Source: Mobula hypostoma
Lineage: Eukaryota
NCBI RefSeq assembly: GCF_963921235.1
Contig: NC_086114.1
Span: 63,922,001-63,986,000 of the forward strand
Direction: 5' to 3'
DNA length: 64,000 nt
Under the pieces are notes generated by a model. That model was not told the origin of the DNA, did no database searches, and saw only the letters and a list, made by a program, of their open reading frames with translations. Shown in pieces: positions 48,475 to 61,919 of this stretch; position 1 is the stretch's first letter; every line of letters starts with the position of its first letter. Made by a program: the position numbers and the translations under genes.

Positions 48475-50929
48475 CTGGAAACAAACTGAAACAAAATTAA
48501 TGCAATGGAACTTGTTTGCATATTTACTTTGAACTACAAAGAGAATGAATGGGCGATAGTGTGGATTCATTGTTCCCTCCAAGCTGCACAGGTGAACAGC
48601 CATGCAGCAACTGAAATACTCCCACCCATATCGCTTTTATTGCCACACAGCTGGAATTCTCTCTTATACAATGGCAATATCATTTTAAAATAATGCCAAT
48701 ACAATATTGAAATCTCAAAATGTTCAAAGTCTAAGGTAAAATTTATTATCAGAGTACATACACATCACCACTTACAAAACTGAGATTCTTTTTCTGCGGG
48801 CATACTTAGCAAATCTTTAGAACATTAACTGTAAACAGAATCAATGGACAACAAAGTATGCAAAAGAAGATATAAATAAATAGCAATAAATAACAAGCAT
48901 GAAATAACAAGATAAAAGTTATCCTCATTTTGTTGAAGAGCTTATGTTAATAGAATTGTGAAATACCCTGTGACTATGTGTTAATGACTATAACCTATAA
49001 ATTTTCTAAATAATGAATGTACTACAACCTTTACTTTGAAACACTTTAGAGCGTCAAAGTCCTTACATTGTAGAGTTTCAAGTTGCAAGGCTGCACCAAA
49101 TTGTAACAATAAACACAGAATGGAAGTCGGTAGCTGATTGTTAATAAACTGCCAGCCTGCTGAAAACTAATGGTGTCTCGTCAAAATATTTTACTTTTGT
49201 CATTGTGTTTGTTGGTTGATTTGACCACCTGACATCGTTTACTTATATTGGGAGGTGTGGGTTGTGCTTGTTTGATGTGCATACTACAAAAAACATTTAA
49301 AGTGCTGTGCAATTTTCAGGCCATGTAAAAATTTCCTGCTCAGAACAAAGGTTGGTCTGCGCAGCTGTAAAAAACAATTAGAGGGAACGTTGTGTGGACT
49401 GCTGGGTTAAGTAGTCACTCTAAATTTCCCTCAATATGCAGACGAAATTAAGAGAAAATTGATGGAATGTCAGGAGAATAGATTAAGGTTAAGGCTAGAG
49501 GAGCATTTGATAGCTCAGGGCCTATACTCGCTAGAGTTTAGAAGAATGGGGGGGTGGGAGGGATTTCACTGAAACCTACAGATTTTGAAAAGCCTAGATA
49601 GAGTGGGCATTGAAAGATGTTTCCTACAGTGGGGGAGACCAGAGGACACAGTCTCAGAATACAAAGACATCACTTTAGAATAGAGATAAGGAAGAATTTC
49701 TTTATCCAGTAGATAATGAATCTGTGGAACTGATCTCCACAGATGGTTGTGAAGGCCAAGTCAGTGGATATATTTGAAACAGAGGTTGATAGGTTCTTGC
49801 TAACAGAGGCATCGAAGGTTACGAGGAGAAGGCAGGAGAATAGGGTTGCAAGGGATAATGAATCAGCCACGATGGAATGGCAGAGAGAATTGATGGGGCA
49901 AATGGCCTATCTCTGCTCCTATGTCTTATGGCCTGTAAACAAATTAATTTTCTGCTCCTAAACACCATCAGAAGATTACTTTAATCCAGGATGACAACAA
50001 AAATGCTCATGCAAATGCTCAGCAGTTTTGGCAACAATTTGGAGAGAGACACAGAATTGATTTGGAAACATTACTTCTCTTTTGCTCTCCTAAGACGTCG
50101 TCTAATCTGCAGAGTAATTCTAGCAGTACAGCATTTTTGCTTTTCAATAGAAACTTCACTCCTTTAGATATATTTGAGCCCTTTTTCTCTTCCACCATTC
50201 ACCTTCCAGTTTCAAACATCCCTCCCCCACCTCTCACATGGTCTCACCTATCACCTGCCAGCTAATACTCCATCCCCTCCCCACACCACCCTCTTCTGAA
50301 TTCTCACAAAATGCTGAATGAACTCAGATCAGGCAGCATCCATTGATTCCATATATGTTGTGTGACCTGCTGAGTTCCTCCAGCTTTTGGTGTGTGATGC
50401 TCTAGATTACCAGCACCTGCAGAATCTCGTGTTGCTATTCAAGTTAAGTTTAATTTTCATTCAACCATACATGAATACACGAGTACAACCAAACAGAACA
50501 CCCCTCCAGCACCAAGATGAATAAGGCAGTCCCAACAGTCATGATAGTACATACAAGACAGCATTAAACATACAGGTGCACAAAAAATACAACAGTCCCT
50601 GAGGCTCATGTCCTATAGATTGATGGTGCATGGCAAGAAGCCCGGAGCAGTCCACGACAAATGCAATCCATTAGACTATAAGAGAGAGGAGCAGAACTAG
50701 GCTATTAGGCCCATTGAGTCTGCTCTGCAATTTCATCGTGACTGATTCATTTCTCCTCTCCACCCCATTCTCTGCAAATTTTCCCAGTAAACCTTTCCTT
50801 ATCAACCTCCACCTTAAATACAACCAATAATCTGGCCTCCACAGCCACCCAAATTGAGGGGTGGGGGTTCAGGGTAACAAACATCTCCTCCTTGTAATAG
50901 TACAGGGTCCATGAAGTTGATGCTGCATT

Positions 50930-53900
50930 GCCTCACTTCTCTAGACCTGTATTCACTTCCCGAGTAAATACAGATGCAAAGAATTCATTTAACATCTCCC
51001 CCATCTGTTTAAGCTCCACACATGAATGACCATTCTGGTCCTCCAGAGGACCAATTTTGTCCCTTGCAATCCTTTTGCTTTTAACATACCTGTAGAATCC
51101 CTTAGGATGTTTTTTATAGACCACCCAATAGTAACAGGGACATCGAGGAGCAGATAGGGAGACAGATTCTGGAAAGGAGTAATAATAACAGGGTTGTTGT
51201 GGTGGGAGATTTTAATTTCCCAAATACTGATTGGCATCTCCCTAGAGTGAGGGGTTTAGATGGGATGGAGTTTGTTAGGTGTGTTCAGAAAGGTTTCTTG
51301 ACACAGTACATAGCTATGCCTACAAGAGGAGAGGCTGTACTTGATCTGGTATTGGGAAATGAACCTGGTCAGGTGTCAGGTCTCTCAGTGGGAAAGCATT
51401 TTGGAGATAGTGATCACAATCCTATCTCCTTTACCATAGCACTGGAGAGGGATAGGAACAGACAAGTTAGGGAAGCGTTTAATTGGAGTAAGGGGAAATA
51501 CGACGCCGTCAGGCAGGAACTTGGAAGCATTAATTGGAAACGGATGTTCTCAAGGAAATGTACAGAAGAAATGTGGCAAATGTTCAGGGGATATTTCTGT
51601 GGGGTTCTGCATAGATATGTTCCAATGAGACAGGGAAAGGATGGTAGGGTACAGGAACCAGGATGTACAAAGGCTGTTGTAAATCTAGACAAGAAGAAGA
51701 GCTTACGAAAGGTTCAAAAAACTAGGTAATGATAGAGATCTATAATATTATAAGTCTAGCAGGAAGGAGTTTAAGAATGGAATTAGGAGAGCCAGAAGGG
51801 GCCATGAGAAGGCCTTGGTGGACAGGATTAAGGAAAACTCCAAGGCATTCTACAAGTACGTGAAGAGCAAGAGGATAAGACGTGAGAGAGTAGGACCAAT
51901 CAAGTGTGACAGTGGAAAAGTGTGTATGGAACCAGAGGAGATGGCAGAGGTACTTAATGAATACTTTGCTTCAGTATTCACTACGGAAAAGGATCTTGGT
52001 GATTGTAGGGATGACTTGCAGCTGACTGAAAAGCTTGAGAATGTAGATATTAAGGAAGAGGATGTGCTGGAGCTTTTGGAAAGCATCAAGTTGGATAAGT
52101 CATCAGGACCGGACAGGATGTACCCCAGGCTACTGTGGGAAGAGAGGGAGGAGACTGCTGAGCCTCTGACGATGATCTTTGCATCATCAAAGAGGATGGG
52201 AGAGGTTCCAGAGGATTGCAGGGTTGCGGATGTTGTTCCCTTATTCAAGAAAGGGAGTAGAGATAACCCAGGAAATTATAGACCAGTGAGTCTTACTTCA
52301 GTGGTTGGTAAGTTGATGGAGAAAATCCTGAGAGGCAGGACTTATGAACATTTGGAGAGGCATAATTGATTAGGAATAGTCAGCATGGCTTTGTCAGAGG
52401 CAGATCATGTCTTATGAGCCTGATTGAACTTTTTGAGGATGTGACTGATGAGGGCAGAGCTGTCAATGTGGTGTATATGGATTTTAGCAAGGCATTTGAT
52501 AAGATATCCTATGCAATGCTTACTGACAAAGTAAGGAGGCATGGGATCCAAGGGGACATTGCTTTGTAGATCCAGAACTGGCTTGCCCACAGAAGGTAAA
52601 GAGTGGTTGTAGAGGGATCATATTCTGCATGGAGGCTGGTGACCAGTGGTGTACCCCAGGGATCTGTTCTGGGACCCCTACTCTTTGTGATTTTTATAAA
52701 TGACCTGGATGAGTAAGTGGAGGGATGGGTTAGTAAATTTGCTGATGATACAATGGTTGGGGGTGTTGTGGATAGTGTGGAGGGCTGTCAGAGGTTACAG
52801 CAGGACATTTTTAGGATGCAAAACTGGGCTGAGAAGTGGCAAATGGAGTTCAACCCAGATAAGTGTGAGGTAGTTCATTTTGGTAGGTCAAATATGATGG
52901 CAGAATAGAGCATTAATGGTAAGACTCTTGGCAGTGTGGAGGGTCAGAGGGATCTTGAGGTCCAAGTCCACAGGACACTCAAAGCTGCTACGCAGGTTGA
53001 CTCTGTGGTTAAGAAGGCATACGGAGCATTGGCCTTCATCAATCATGGGATTGAGTTTAAGAGCCGAGAGGTAATGTTGCAGCTATGTAGGACCCTGGTC
53101 AGACCCCACTTGGAGTACTGTGCTCAATTCTGGTCGCCTCACTACAGGAAGGATGTGGAAACCATAGAAAGGGTGCAGAGGAGATTTACAAGGATGTTGC
53201 CTGGATTGGGGAGCATGCCTTATGAGAATAGGTTGAGTGAGCTTAGCCTTTTCTCCTTGGAGCAACGGAAGATGTGAGGTGACCTGATAGAGGTGTACAT
53301 AACGAGAGCCATTGATCGTGTGGATAGTCAGAGGCTTTTTCCCAGAGCTGAAATGGCTAGCACGAGAGGGCATAGTTTTTAAGGTGCTTGGAAGTAGGTA
53401 CAGAGGAGATGTTAGGGGTAAGTTTTTTTACACAGAGAGTGGTGAGTGCGTGGAATGGGCTGCGAGTGGCAGCGGTGGAAGCAGAAACGATAGGGGCTTT
53501 TAAGATGCTCCTGGATGGATACATGGAGCTTAGAAAAATAGAGGGCTAGGAGTAAGCCTAGGTAGTTCTAAGGTAAGGACATGTTCGGCACAGCTTTGTG
53601 GGCCAAAGGGCCTGTATTGTGCTGCAGATTTTCTATGATTCCCCTTCACCTTGTCGGCTAGAGCAACTTCATGCCTTCTTTTAGCCTTCCTGATTTCTTT
53701 CTTAGTGTTCCCTTGCAGTTCTTGTTCTCCGTAAGCAACTCATTTGTTCCTACCTGCCAGGTACCTTTTTTCTCTTAACCAGGGCCTCAATATCACTTAA
53801 AAACCAAGGTTCCCTACACTTGTTATCTTTACCTTTTATTCTGACAGGCACAAGCTTTATATACTCAAAATTCATTTTCAAAGGCCTCTCATTTTCCAAG

Positions 53901-54810
53901 TACACCTTTGCCAGAAAATAGCCTGTCCCAATCCACACTTGCCAGATCATTTCTGATACCATCAAAATTGGCCTTTCTCCAATTTAGAATCTCAACCTGC
54001 GGACCAGACCTATCTCTTTGTATAAGCTAAAGGTATTGGGTCACTGGATGCAAAGTGTTCCCCTAAACAAAATCCTCTCACCTGCCCTGTCGCACTCCCT
54101 AATACTGTATTACATGCTCTGTCGTTTGAACTTCAACATACTGATGAAGGAAACTTCCCTGAATACGTCTGACAAATTCTATCCCATCTAGTCCTTTTAT
54201 AATATGGGATTCCCAGTCAATATGTGGAAAGTTAAAATCACTTACTATAACAACCTTAAGTTTTTTTGCAACAGTCTGTGATCTCTCTACAAATTTATTC
54301 CTCTAAATCCCTGGGATGTTAGGTGGTCTGTAATACGTGGTCATACCTTTACTTTTTCTCAGTTACACCCATAACGTCTCACTAGTAGAGCTCTCAGCCT
54401 ATCCGGACAGAGCACTGCTGTGACATTTTCCCTGGCTAGTAACACGTCCCCTCCTCCATTAACCCCTCTCACTCTGTCATGTCTAAAACAATGGAACCCT
54501 GCAATACTGAGCTGCCAGTCCTGCCCCTTCTGACTCACTAATGTCATAATTCCAAGTGTTGATTCATGCCCTGAGCTCATCTACCTCTCCTACTTCTTGC
54601 ATTGAAATATTGTACACAGCTCAGGACATTAGTCGCACCATGCTCAACCTTTTGACTCCTGACTTTGTCTGAGGTCTTAACAACATCTGCCTCCATAACC
54701 TCTACTTTAAACCCCACTGTGCAGCAATAACAAACCTTCCCACTAGGATATTAGCCCCCCGCCACACCGCCTCCAGTTCAGGTGCAAACCGTCCCTCTGT
54801 ACAGGTCCCA
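50930..54810 (-). mobile_element. Older CR1 (minus), split at about 51110/53640 by a plus-strand CR1
   Basis: KGFYRYVKSKR on the left continues as REPWFLSDIE and AP-endonuclease remnants on the right. Confidence 0.75.
51112..53637 (+). mobile_element. CR1 LINE ORF2 (AP endonuclease C-terminus plus RT) and 3' UTR, several stops
   Basis: VGDFNFP, LDLVL, SDHN, NYRPVSLTS, YMDFSKAFDK, KFADD; TTCTATG tail. Confidence 0.92.
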
Positions 54811-54849
54811 CCTTCCAAAGCAGCTGTTGTGGTGCTGTATAACTCTATA

Positions 54850-57525
54850 CACAGTGCTGAGACTGGAAAATGTTGACAGGATGACAAACTATATGGGAAG
54901 TTAGAGGATTGAGAAGCTTATAAAAACTTGCAGAAGGAAACTAAGGTGGTCATTAGGAAGGAAAAGGTGAATTACAAAAGGAAGCTGGTGACTAATATCA
55001 AAGAAGATACTAAAAGCTTTTTTAAGTATATAAAGGGTAAAAGAGAGTCGAGGGTAGATATAGGACTAATATAAAATGACACTGGAGATATTGTAATGAG
55101 ATGGCTGAGGAAATGAATGTGTATTTTGCATCAGTGTTCACAGTGCAAGACATCTGCAGTACACCTGACATTCAAGAGTGTCAGGGAAGTGAAGTATGTG
55201 CAGTGAAAATTACGACTGAGAAGGTGCTCAGGAAGCTTAATGGTCTGAGGGTGGATAAATCTCCTGGACCTGATGGAATGCACCCTTGGGTTCTGAAGTA
55301 GCTGAAGAGATTGCGGAGGAATTAACAATGATCTTTCAAGAATCGATAGATTTTAGCATTGTACCGGATGACTGGAAAATTGCAAATGTTACTCCGCTAT
55401 TTAAGAAGGGCGGGAGGCAGCAGAAAGGAAACTATAGACCTGTTAGCCTGACATCAGTGGTTGGGAAGTTGTTGGAATCAATTGTTAGGGATGAGATTAC
55501 GGAGTACCTGGAGGCACATGACAAGACAGGCCAAAGCCAGCATGATTTCCTGAAAGGAAAATCCTGCTTGACTAACCTACTGCAATTTTTTTGAGGAAAT
55601 TACAAGCAGGGTAGACGAAGGATATGCAGTGGATGTGGTGTACTTGGATTTTCAGAAGACCTTTGACAAGGTGCCGCACATGAGGCTGCTTAGCAAGATA
55701 AGAGCCCATGGAATTACAGGGGAGTTACTAGCATGGGTGGAGCATTGGCTGATCGGCAGAAAACAGAGAGTGGGAATAAAGGGATCCTATCTGGCAGGCT
55801 GCTGGCTAGCAGTGGAGTTCCACAGGGGTCGGTGTTGGGACTGCCGCTTTTTACGATGTATGTCGATGATTTGGACTATGGAATTAATGGATGTGTGGCT
55901 AAATTTGCCAATGATACAAAGAAAGGTGGAGCAACGGGTAGTGTTGAGGAAACAGAGAGCCTGCAGAGAGACTTAGATAGCTTAGGGGAATGGGCAAGGA
56001 AGTGGCAAATGAAATACAGTTGGCCCTCCTTACCCGCGGGGGATTGGTTCTGGGACACCCCCACCCCCACCCCGTGGATACCAAAAAACGCAGATGCTCA
56101 AGTCCCTTATTTAACCTGTCTCAGTGCGGGTGGGCTTTAAAACCCGGGGGGAGCTGCTGCTGAATCCGCGGTGTTTCAGTTCCGTTGACGGAAAACAATC
56201 ACGATTGAAAATAAAGTGGAAGTAATAAAGTGATTGGAAAGAGGTGAAATGCCATCGGTCATTGGAAAAGTGTTAGGCTACAGTCGGTCAATGATCGGAA
56301 CAATTTTAAAGGATAAAGTGAGAATAATGGAGCATGTGAAAGGTCCTGCTCCGATGAAAGCTACAATTATTACTAAGCAACGCAGTGGTTTAATTATCGA
56401 AACACATATGTTTCTTAAGTGTTTTATACGCATAGAAAGGTAAAATATATACTATATACTCAGACAAACGTTTGACTAACTGATGCTAAATAATACCAGA
56501 TGTACCTGTTCCGATNNNNNNNNNNNNNNNNNNNNNNNNNNNNNNNNNNNNNNNNNNNNNNNNNNNNNNNNNNNNNNNNNNNNNNNNNNNNNNNNNNNNN
56601 NNNNNNNNNNNNNNNNNNNNNNNNNNNNNNNNNNNNNNNNNNNNNNNNNAAACAACGGGTGCTGGAGAGAGAACTTCCGGGTTTTTCCGATCCGCGGCTG
56701 GTTGAATCCACGCATGCGGAACCTGTGGATAAGGAGGGCCGACTGTACAATGTTGAGAAGTGTATGGTCATACACTTTGGTGGAAGAAATAAACGGGCAG
56801 ACTATTATTTAGATGGGGAGAGAATTCAAAATGCAGAGATGCAAAGGGACTTGGGAGTCCTCGTACAGGATACCCTAAAGGTTAACCTCCAGACTGAGTC
56901 GGTGGTAAAGAAGGCGAATGCAATGTTGGCATTCTTTCTAGAGTATAGAATTTAAGAGCAGGGATGTGATGTTGAGGCTCTATAGGGCACTCGTGAGACC
57001 ACACTTGGAGCATTGTGTCCAGTTTTGGGCTCCTCATTTGAGAAAGGATATACTGACATTGGAGAGGGTTCAGAGAATATTCACGAGAATGATTCCAGGA
57101 ATGAAAGGGCTACCGTATGAGAAATGTCTGGCAGCTCTTGGGGTGTATTCCCTGGGGTTCAGGAGAATGAGAGGTGAACTCATAGAAACATTCCAAATGT
57201 TAAAAGGCCTGAACAGATTAGATATGACAAAGTTATTTCCCATGGTAGGACAAGGGGGGACGACTTCAGGATTGAATGACATCCATTTAGAACAGAGATA
57301 TGGAGAAATTACTTTAGTCAGAGGATGGTAAATCTGTGGAATTTGTTGCCACAAGCGGCTGTGGAGACCAAGTCATTGGGTGTATTTAAGGCAGAGATAG
57401 ATAGTTTCCTGATTAGCCAGGGCATCGAAGGGTCTGGGGAGAAGGCAGGGGAGTGGGGATGACTGGAAGAATTGGATCAGCCCATGATCAAATGGCCTAC
57501 TTCTGCTCCTATGTCTTATGGTCTT
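54850..57525 (+). mobile_element. CR1 LINE ORF2 plus 3' UTR, interrupted by a Tigger element
   Basis: [27 protein letters not shown]; KWQMKY|NVEKC reading restored on removing the Tigger. Confidence 0.9.
56017..56745 (+). mobile_element. Pogo/Tigger-type internally deleted DNA transposon (contains a 134-N gap at 56516-56649)
   Basis: TIRs CAGTTGGCCCTCCTTA / TAAGGAGGGCCGACTG, TA TSDs; CENP-B/psq-like HTH remnant RKTITIENKVEVIK..ERGE..IGKVLGYSRSMIGTILK. Confidence 0.9.
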
Positions 57526-57620
57526 ATTTACAACAGGCGGCAGGACCAGAGCACCATGGCCCAATGTTCTCTGGGGCCTCATCCCTTTCCCCGGTCACGC
57601 CCCCCATTCCGTCCCCTTAC

Positions 57621-57933
57621 CAGTCAAGCAGGCAGAATGACTCCAGGCGGGAGAGACTCTACAGGGGGAGACACGCCGCCGCGGATTCGGCCCGGTGCCA
57701 TCGTCCGCCTCAGGCTGGGCTGCCCGTAACTCGAGGCCAGACCGGGGAGGAGGGACATCGCTCCGGTTTGGCCTCGAGTTACAGACTGTCACCTCGCGGG
57801 GCTCGAGCACCCGGTCATCTGCCTCACGTTTCACCGGGCTCCCGGGACGTTCCACGCTATTGATAGTCTGTCCAAAACGATTAAAGCCAAAGCCAAACCA
57901 ACGCCCGGTGCCGGCTGGAGCAGCGGCCGCCAT
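57621..57933 (-). CDS. RCCD1: RCCD1 exon 1 (MAAAAPAGTGRWFGFGFNRFGQ...RVSPAWSHSACLT)
   Basis: Human WFGFGFCGFGQ..RVSASWSYTAFVT; donor GTAAGG; CpG island; total CDS 1305 nt = 434 aa. Confidence 0.92.
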
Positions 57934-58033
57934 GCCCGCAGCCACTGAGTGACGGGAAAACAGACCGCCGTCAACTTGAACCTGTACGCCGCGCCATGCC
58001 TCCCGCCGTCACCGACCTCACTCCCGGCAGCCT

Positions 58034-59099
58034 GTCTGTCTGTCCGTATCTTGTTTCACGGCGGTTGGCATCCAGCTTAATGGTGCATTACCGCCACCCT
58101 CTGCTCCAGAATGTGCACTAGACATACATTCTAAATCCCTTCACCCAATCTCACACACACAAACCTACACTTCACCCTCCCATCTTTGACCATCCTAGTA
58201 TCCTATTCCTGTTTATTCGTCATATTCTATAAAAAACCCCTGTACCCCTTAAAAACGCTAAAAATACCCGGACTTGTGCTCTCTCACCCACGCCCAGCAA
58301 CCCTTTTAATGTGAATTCCTGCATCCCCAACTCCCTTAATTTATTTCTCATCATCTCTCTCTGTATCCCATACTTCCTGCAACTCAGAACTACATGTTCT
58401 ACTGACTCCTCTTCCTGACATTCCTCACACAATCCTGTCTGGTGTTTCCCTATCATTTTCAATGTTTTGTTTAATGCACAGTGCCCCAGCCTTAACCTAG
58501 TCCACACAATTTCCTCTCTTCTGTTTCCATTACCTACCCTAGTAACTGCAACACTCTTTTGTATTTGATATAAATGCCTCCCTTTCCCCTCCCTGTCCCA
58601 TCTTTCTTGCCACATTCGGTTGACTTTTTCCCAGATTACACACTTAACCTCTGCTTTACTGATACTAATGTGCAGTTCCACATTTTCTTTCTTTAACACC
58701 CTCTTTGCCAACTCATCCACCCTCTCATTCCCCTTCACCCCTACATGTGCTGGAACCCATAGAAGTTTTACCTGACCTCCCTGATTTGCAATCCTTGTAA
58801 CTAACTGAAGGACTTCATAAAGTACATCTTGCCGACTGTTTGTGTGAAAAGACCTTAAACTTGCTAGAACTGAGGATGAATCTGAACATATCAATGCTTT
58901 GACTTGTCTGGCTTTCTGCACCCATTGCAACGCAACCAACACCGCCAGCATCTCCACTGTAAACACTCCTAACTTATTAGATGTTCTTCTGCTGATTCCA
59001 ATTTCTTTTGCTGGTATTACCACCCCAAACCCTGTCACTCCTGTTTCAGGTTCCTTCGCACCATCCGTATAAATGTGAGTATAATCACTATACTTTTCC
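58034..59099 (-). mobile_element. 5'-truncated I/Nimb-clade LINE (RNase H plus CCHC knuckle), 13-bp TSD
   Basis: IYTDGAK, E-MLAV, ICSDS, WVPAHVGVKGNERVDELAK, TRLRLGH, CEECQEEESVEHVVLSC; 3' GGTGGCGGTAATGCACC hairpin and (GACA)n tail; TSD CTCCCGGCAGCCT at 58021-33 and 59100-12. Confidence 0.9.
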
Positions 59100-61019
59100 C
59101 TCCCGGCAGCCTCCGCGTGATCACGGACAATGGGAAAGTGGAACACCGGGATTCCCAGCAGTCACCACACAATGATCTCACCCCCATCGACACTTGCACG
59201 ACACTTTTTTTTCTCTCATTCATCGAAACATAATGACAAAATTAAATGGCTTTATTGGCGGACATTTAAATAATTGAGACAGCTCATTCGCTATTGGAAC
59301 GTTTATATTAATATAAATAAATATATAAAAATGACCCTTCAGCAGCAGTCCTGATGAAGGATCTCAGCCAGAAAAGTCAGACTGTTTCTCATCTCCATCC
59401 ATGCTGCTGACCTGCTGGGTTCTTGTAGCATTTTGTGCGTGTTAATCCAGAAGTGAGTGTGAACATTGCTTGCAATCCATGCAATTCCTTACTGACCCGA
59501 GTCAGGGTAGTAGGTAAGGACACCAGTGAACCAGAAACACGAGAGACTGCAGATGGTGGAATCTGCAACTGAAATATTGGAGGAACTCAGCGGATCAGAC
59601 ACACAGTGTGATGGTCGAGATTTCGGGTCGTCACGCTGCTTCAGTAATCCTACGTGTTTTTAAACACCATTACATTGCTCTGCAGTCGCTGTTTCCCAGC
59701 TATTATGTTCCTCAATGGTTCACACCCGTGGCTGCTCCATAAAACTAAGTCTGTTCAACCATTCCATCATGGCTAATTTATTATCCCTCTCAATCTCATT
59801 CTCCTTCTTTCTCCATGTAACCTGACGCCCTGAATATTGCTCAACCATTAACCTATATACATATAGACCTTTATATGTCTATATACTGTACACACATAAT
59901 CTATCTGTATCAGGTTCAAGGATGCATACACAAAAACAGTATCTCAAGATTTGATCTTTTATTATCTGAAGGAGGTGGTAATTAATCCATTGTGATCTTT
60001 AAAATACTTTTCTGTATAAAGTCCAACCCATATCATTCCCACCAGAAAGATGAAATGGGCCTTTTTAAACTTCCATATGAGTAAAAGCATTCAGCCTCTG
60101 GAGGACAAGTGCCTACCTAGAACGGCAATGAGTCATTTGGGCAATAAGATTTATTTAACATGTGGACAATAATTTCATTTTGCATTAGTGGCTTCAAGTG
60201 GGCATTAGGTTCAGGTTGCTTCCATGGGCACTCCTGCCAGCCTTAGCAGCAAATGCCTTTACAGTTCTGTTAGTGTTGGCATCAGACTGTGTGGCAACAC
60301 TTGCGGGTTGCTTCCAGCATATCCACGGGTATGCGGATTGTTAATGCAAATGCTGCATTTCACAGTATGTTTGGATGACAATTAAACCTGAATCTACACC
60401 TCCCGCTCACTATTTTTCTCTAGCTTGCACTATGAATCGGATTGTTCAAAAAACCTTAACAGTCAAATTTTCTTCATGTCACATTTCCAGCACAAAGTTC
60501 TCTGCAACCAATTAACATTATTAATATTCCCATTCAAACTGATGGGTGAAAAGCAAATACCCATTTCATACTATTTTATTTTACTTGGGTATATTTTATA
60601 TACCCGTAAATTAAATGTGCCATAAACGTCGTACAATTTAAGTACAATGGACAATTCCAAAGTTAGCAACATGGGCCCTCTGGCAATATTTTTGTTATCA
60701 CCTATATTTTGCTGGTTTTCTTGAAGGCATTGTTTTATATTTGTTCCACATATATTATAAAAGCTTCTAAGGATCTTCAATCATTGAGTATGGTTGTCTA
60801 TTGTCTTCTATTAAGTTGTTTAATAAGTGAATCTTTTTATCCTCATTATCAGATTTTTGTGTGCTAAAGTCAGTTACCAGAGTGCTCTCAGCTCCCCTGG
60901 TTATATATAATCAGGCCATATAGTAATCAGATTAATGCAGGTTGTAAACAAACAAACATTCAGTATTGAAGCTGCATTATTAAAACTATGCTAAACTGGA
61001 CATGGTTCTTCATGTAGAC

Positions 61020-61099
61020 CAGGGGTTCCCAACCTTTCTTATACAATGGACACCTACTATTCAGCAAAGAATCGGTGAACCCCAAGTTGGGAACTCCTG
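61020..61099. mobile_element. Short hAT MITE in the probable UNC45A 3' UTR
   Basis: CAGGGGTTCCCAAC...GTTGGGAACTCCTG; TSD ATGTAGAC/ATGTAGAG. Confidence 0.75.
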
Positions 61100-61646
61100 A
61101 TGTAGAGGAAACCTCGAATATAATGCCCACTGGCGCAGGTGGGGGCTGACGATCCACCTTAAGGAGGAACCTGGAGATCCTTGACTAGGAGGAGATCTCT
61201 TGGACTGGTTCCAATTATCCAAGAGGAACTTTCTCCCAATTTTCCCCTGGGCTTTCCTCTTTGTCTTTCACAGGAGCTGACAGAGCAATGTTCAATACTG
61301 TGGCTGACTGACTGTGTAGAGGTGAGCCACAAGGGGGAGAAGGCTGCCCAATATCACGCCTAAACCAGAACTCAACAAGCTCATTGTGCCCATGGGGAGA
61401 GCGAACTGTGGTCCAGTGACACTACAGGAAAGTCCTGCAAAACCTTACTTATAGATGCAGTGGACAGTGTCTTAAGGCTTAGCAATGTTGCTGGCATCAG
61501 TACCCCAATTGCAAGGGCTGATGTTCAGTACTCTGTTATCAACAGAAACATAATGTGAGGCACCAAAGCTCATTGGTTTATAGTGAATAGCAAAGTGATT
61601 TGGGAAATAGGTCACATATCCCTGGAATGTCCTGCATTTGCCTCCA

Positions 61647-61919
61647 CTATGGGCTCTTCCCCTCTACACTGGGTTTAATAAGTCCATACTCTACTGCTCG
61701 GTCAAGACAGTCTTTAGCAACCCCACGCACTTTGGATTTCTTCTCATCAGCATCCCTGGCCAGGGCCGACAGGATTTCCATCATCTCTGACTCCATCAGC
61801 AGGGTGGCGAGCTCCTGTTCAGCGTTCATCAGGTTGAGTGTGATGACGACTCCCCGGTGTTGCAAGTCAACATTAGGGCTCAGCACCAGCGCCTGCAGAA
61901 TCTCCAACCAGTGGCTCGT
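61647..61919 (-). CDS. UNC45A: UNC45A terminal coding exon (UCS domain end); rest of the gene lies beyond the window
   Basis: [49 protein letters not shown]; tandem upstream of RCCD1 as in human. Confidence 0.9.
   Translation of the reverse strand, partial: TSHWLEILQALVLSPNVDLQHRGVVITLNLMNAEQELATLLMESEMMEILSALARDADEKKSKVRGVAKDCLDRAVEYGLIKPSVEGKSP

Noticed and set aside
56516-56649. 134-N gap as a hidden feature
   Set aside because: Falls inside a Tigger element whose two ends are intact; content cannot be assessed
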